From a bacterium (lineage in GTDB: Bacteria > Chloroflexota > Dormibacteria > Aeolococcales > Bog-877), in assembly GCA_021801645.1 (NCBI GenBank), contig JAJYXT010000036.1:5396-69395 (forward strand): a stretch of 64,000 nt of DNA. The letters are read 5' to 3'. Positions 63,439 to 64,000 of the stretch are shown here, one piece after another. Under the pieces are notes generated by a model. It worked only from the letters and a program-made list of their open reading frames with translations, made no database searches and had not been told where the DNA came from. Made by a program: the position numbers and the translations under genes. The number at the start of each line of letters is the position of its first letter. The stretch's first letter is position 1.

Positions 63439-64000
63439 ATGGGCCCTTCTTTGCCACCGCGGCGTTCCGCCCCTCCGGCACGGGTGGTGGTCGGCGAGAT
63501 CCACCCCAGGGTGGATTGTGGGACCCGGCCCGCCAAAGCGGTGGTTGGCGAGGCCGTGCCGGTGCGGGCTCGCATATTCGCGGACGGCAGGCCGCGCCTG
63601 CGTGCCCGGGGACGGTTGCTTCCCGATGGTCTGGCCGGCGGCTGGCGCGCCGCGCGGACATTTCCACTCGCCCCCCTCGTGGACGACTGGTGGGAGGGGC
63701 ACCTGATTCCGGAGAGCCTCGGGCCATGGCGCTTCCGTCTGGAGGCCTGGGAGGACCGCTTCGGAACTTGGTGCGATGACGTTGCCCGTCGCCTTGCTGC
63801 CCGCGTAGATCCGGGGCCCGAGCTGGGCGAGGGCTGGGCTCTTCTCCGGCAGGCGGCTCGACGGCTGCCCGGAGACCAGGGACGGTCCCTGCTGCGGGCG
63901 GCGACCACGGCCGAGGGGGCCGGACTCGAGCGGGAGCTTGCCTTTCTCCTCGATGCGGAGCTTCGGAACCTGCTGGCGACGCTGGTCTGGCTGCCGCTCA
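63439..64000 (+). CDS. glgE: Alpha-1,4-glucan:maltose-1-phosphate maltosyltransferase, N-terminal part (runs off the window)
   Basis: Not in the track because there is no stop. My translation gives MGPSLPPRRSAPPARVVVGEIHPRVDCGTRPAKAVVGEAVPVRARIFADG...DDWWEGHLIPESLGPWRFRLEAWEDRFGTW, the GlgE N-domain pattern. Starts at 63451 (TTG) or 63484 (GTG) are possible. Confidence 0.8.
   Translation, partial: MGPSLPPRRSAPPARVVVGEIHPRVDCGTRPAKAVVGEAVPVRARIFADGRPRLRARGRLLPDGLAGGWRAARTFPLAPLVDDWWEGHLIPESLGPWRFRLEAWEDRFGTWCDDVARRLAARVDPGPELGEGWALLRQAARRLPGDQGRSLLRAATTAEGAGLERELAFLLDAELRNLLATLVWLPL

Overview
This is a high-GC bacterial chromosomal window with Actinobacteria/Terrabacteria-like gene content: Mtb-type SerC, GlgE, an MMPL transporter, many GTG/TTG starts and 4-nt stop/start overlaps. 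It is densely packed and mostly core metabolism. From left to right it holds:
- two tandem P-type ATPases;
- a DUF4389 protein, a GerMN lipoprotein and a YbaK deacylase;
- tRNA-Leu(CAA), then a bifunctional nuclease, a methyltransferase, polA and mutM;
- a GT4 glycosyltransferase and an ABC-F ATPase;
- a ~17.8 kb co-directional block: uvrB-glgX-GH57-uvrA-uvrC-rapZ-gap-pgk-tpiA-gpmI-der;
- a sparsely coding patch with YciI and a methyltransferase, next to tRNA-Pro(GGG);
- pyrF, an SH3 lipoprotein, a Xer-family recombinase coupled to a Cys/His-rich membrane protein, and serC with a divergent aminotransferase;
- a Kelch-propeller membrane protein, a threonine/serine dehydratase and eno;
- a split phenylacetate (paa) catabolic cluster: paaABCDE with a TetR regulator, and separately paaK-paaI;
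- upp, a TetR/MMPL pair, an alkyltransferase-like (ATL) protein and an AlkA-like glycosylase;
- several small membrane proteins, a rhodanese/CsoR-like/PIG-L module, and the 5' end of glgE.

I saw no CRISPR array, transposase, phage gene or recognisable defence genes. I did not find a convincing novel multi-gene system.

The best leads are:
- the Cys/His-tailed membrane protein translationally overlapping a Xer recombinase;
- a 579-bp non-coding spacer between convergent genes;
- a RapZ homologue with a degenerate P-loop and no yvcK/whiA partners;
- the rhodanese/CstR-like/PIG-L module with a visible operator;
- several candidate micro-ORFs and operator repeats.

Many long ORFs in the supplied track are antisense artefacts of high GC and were rejected.
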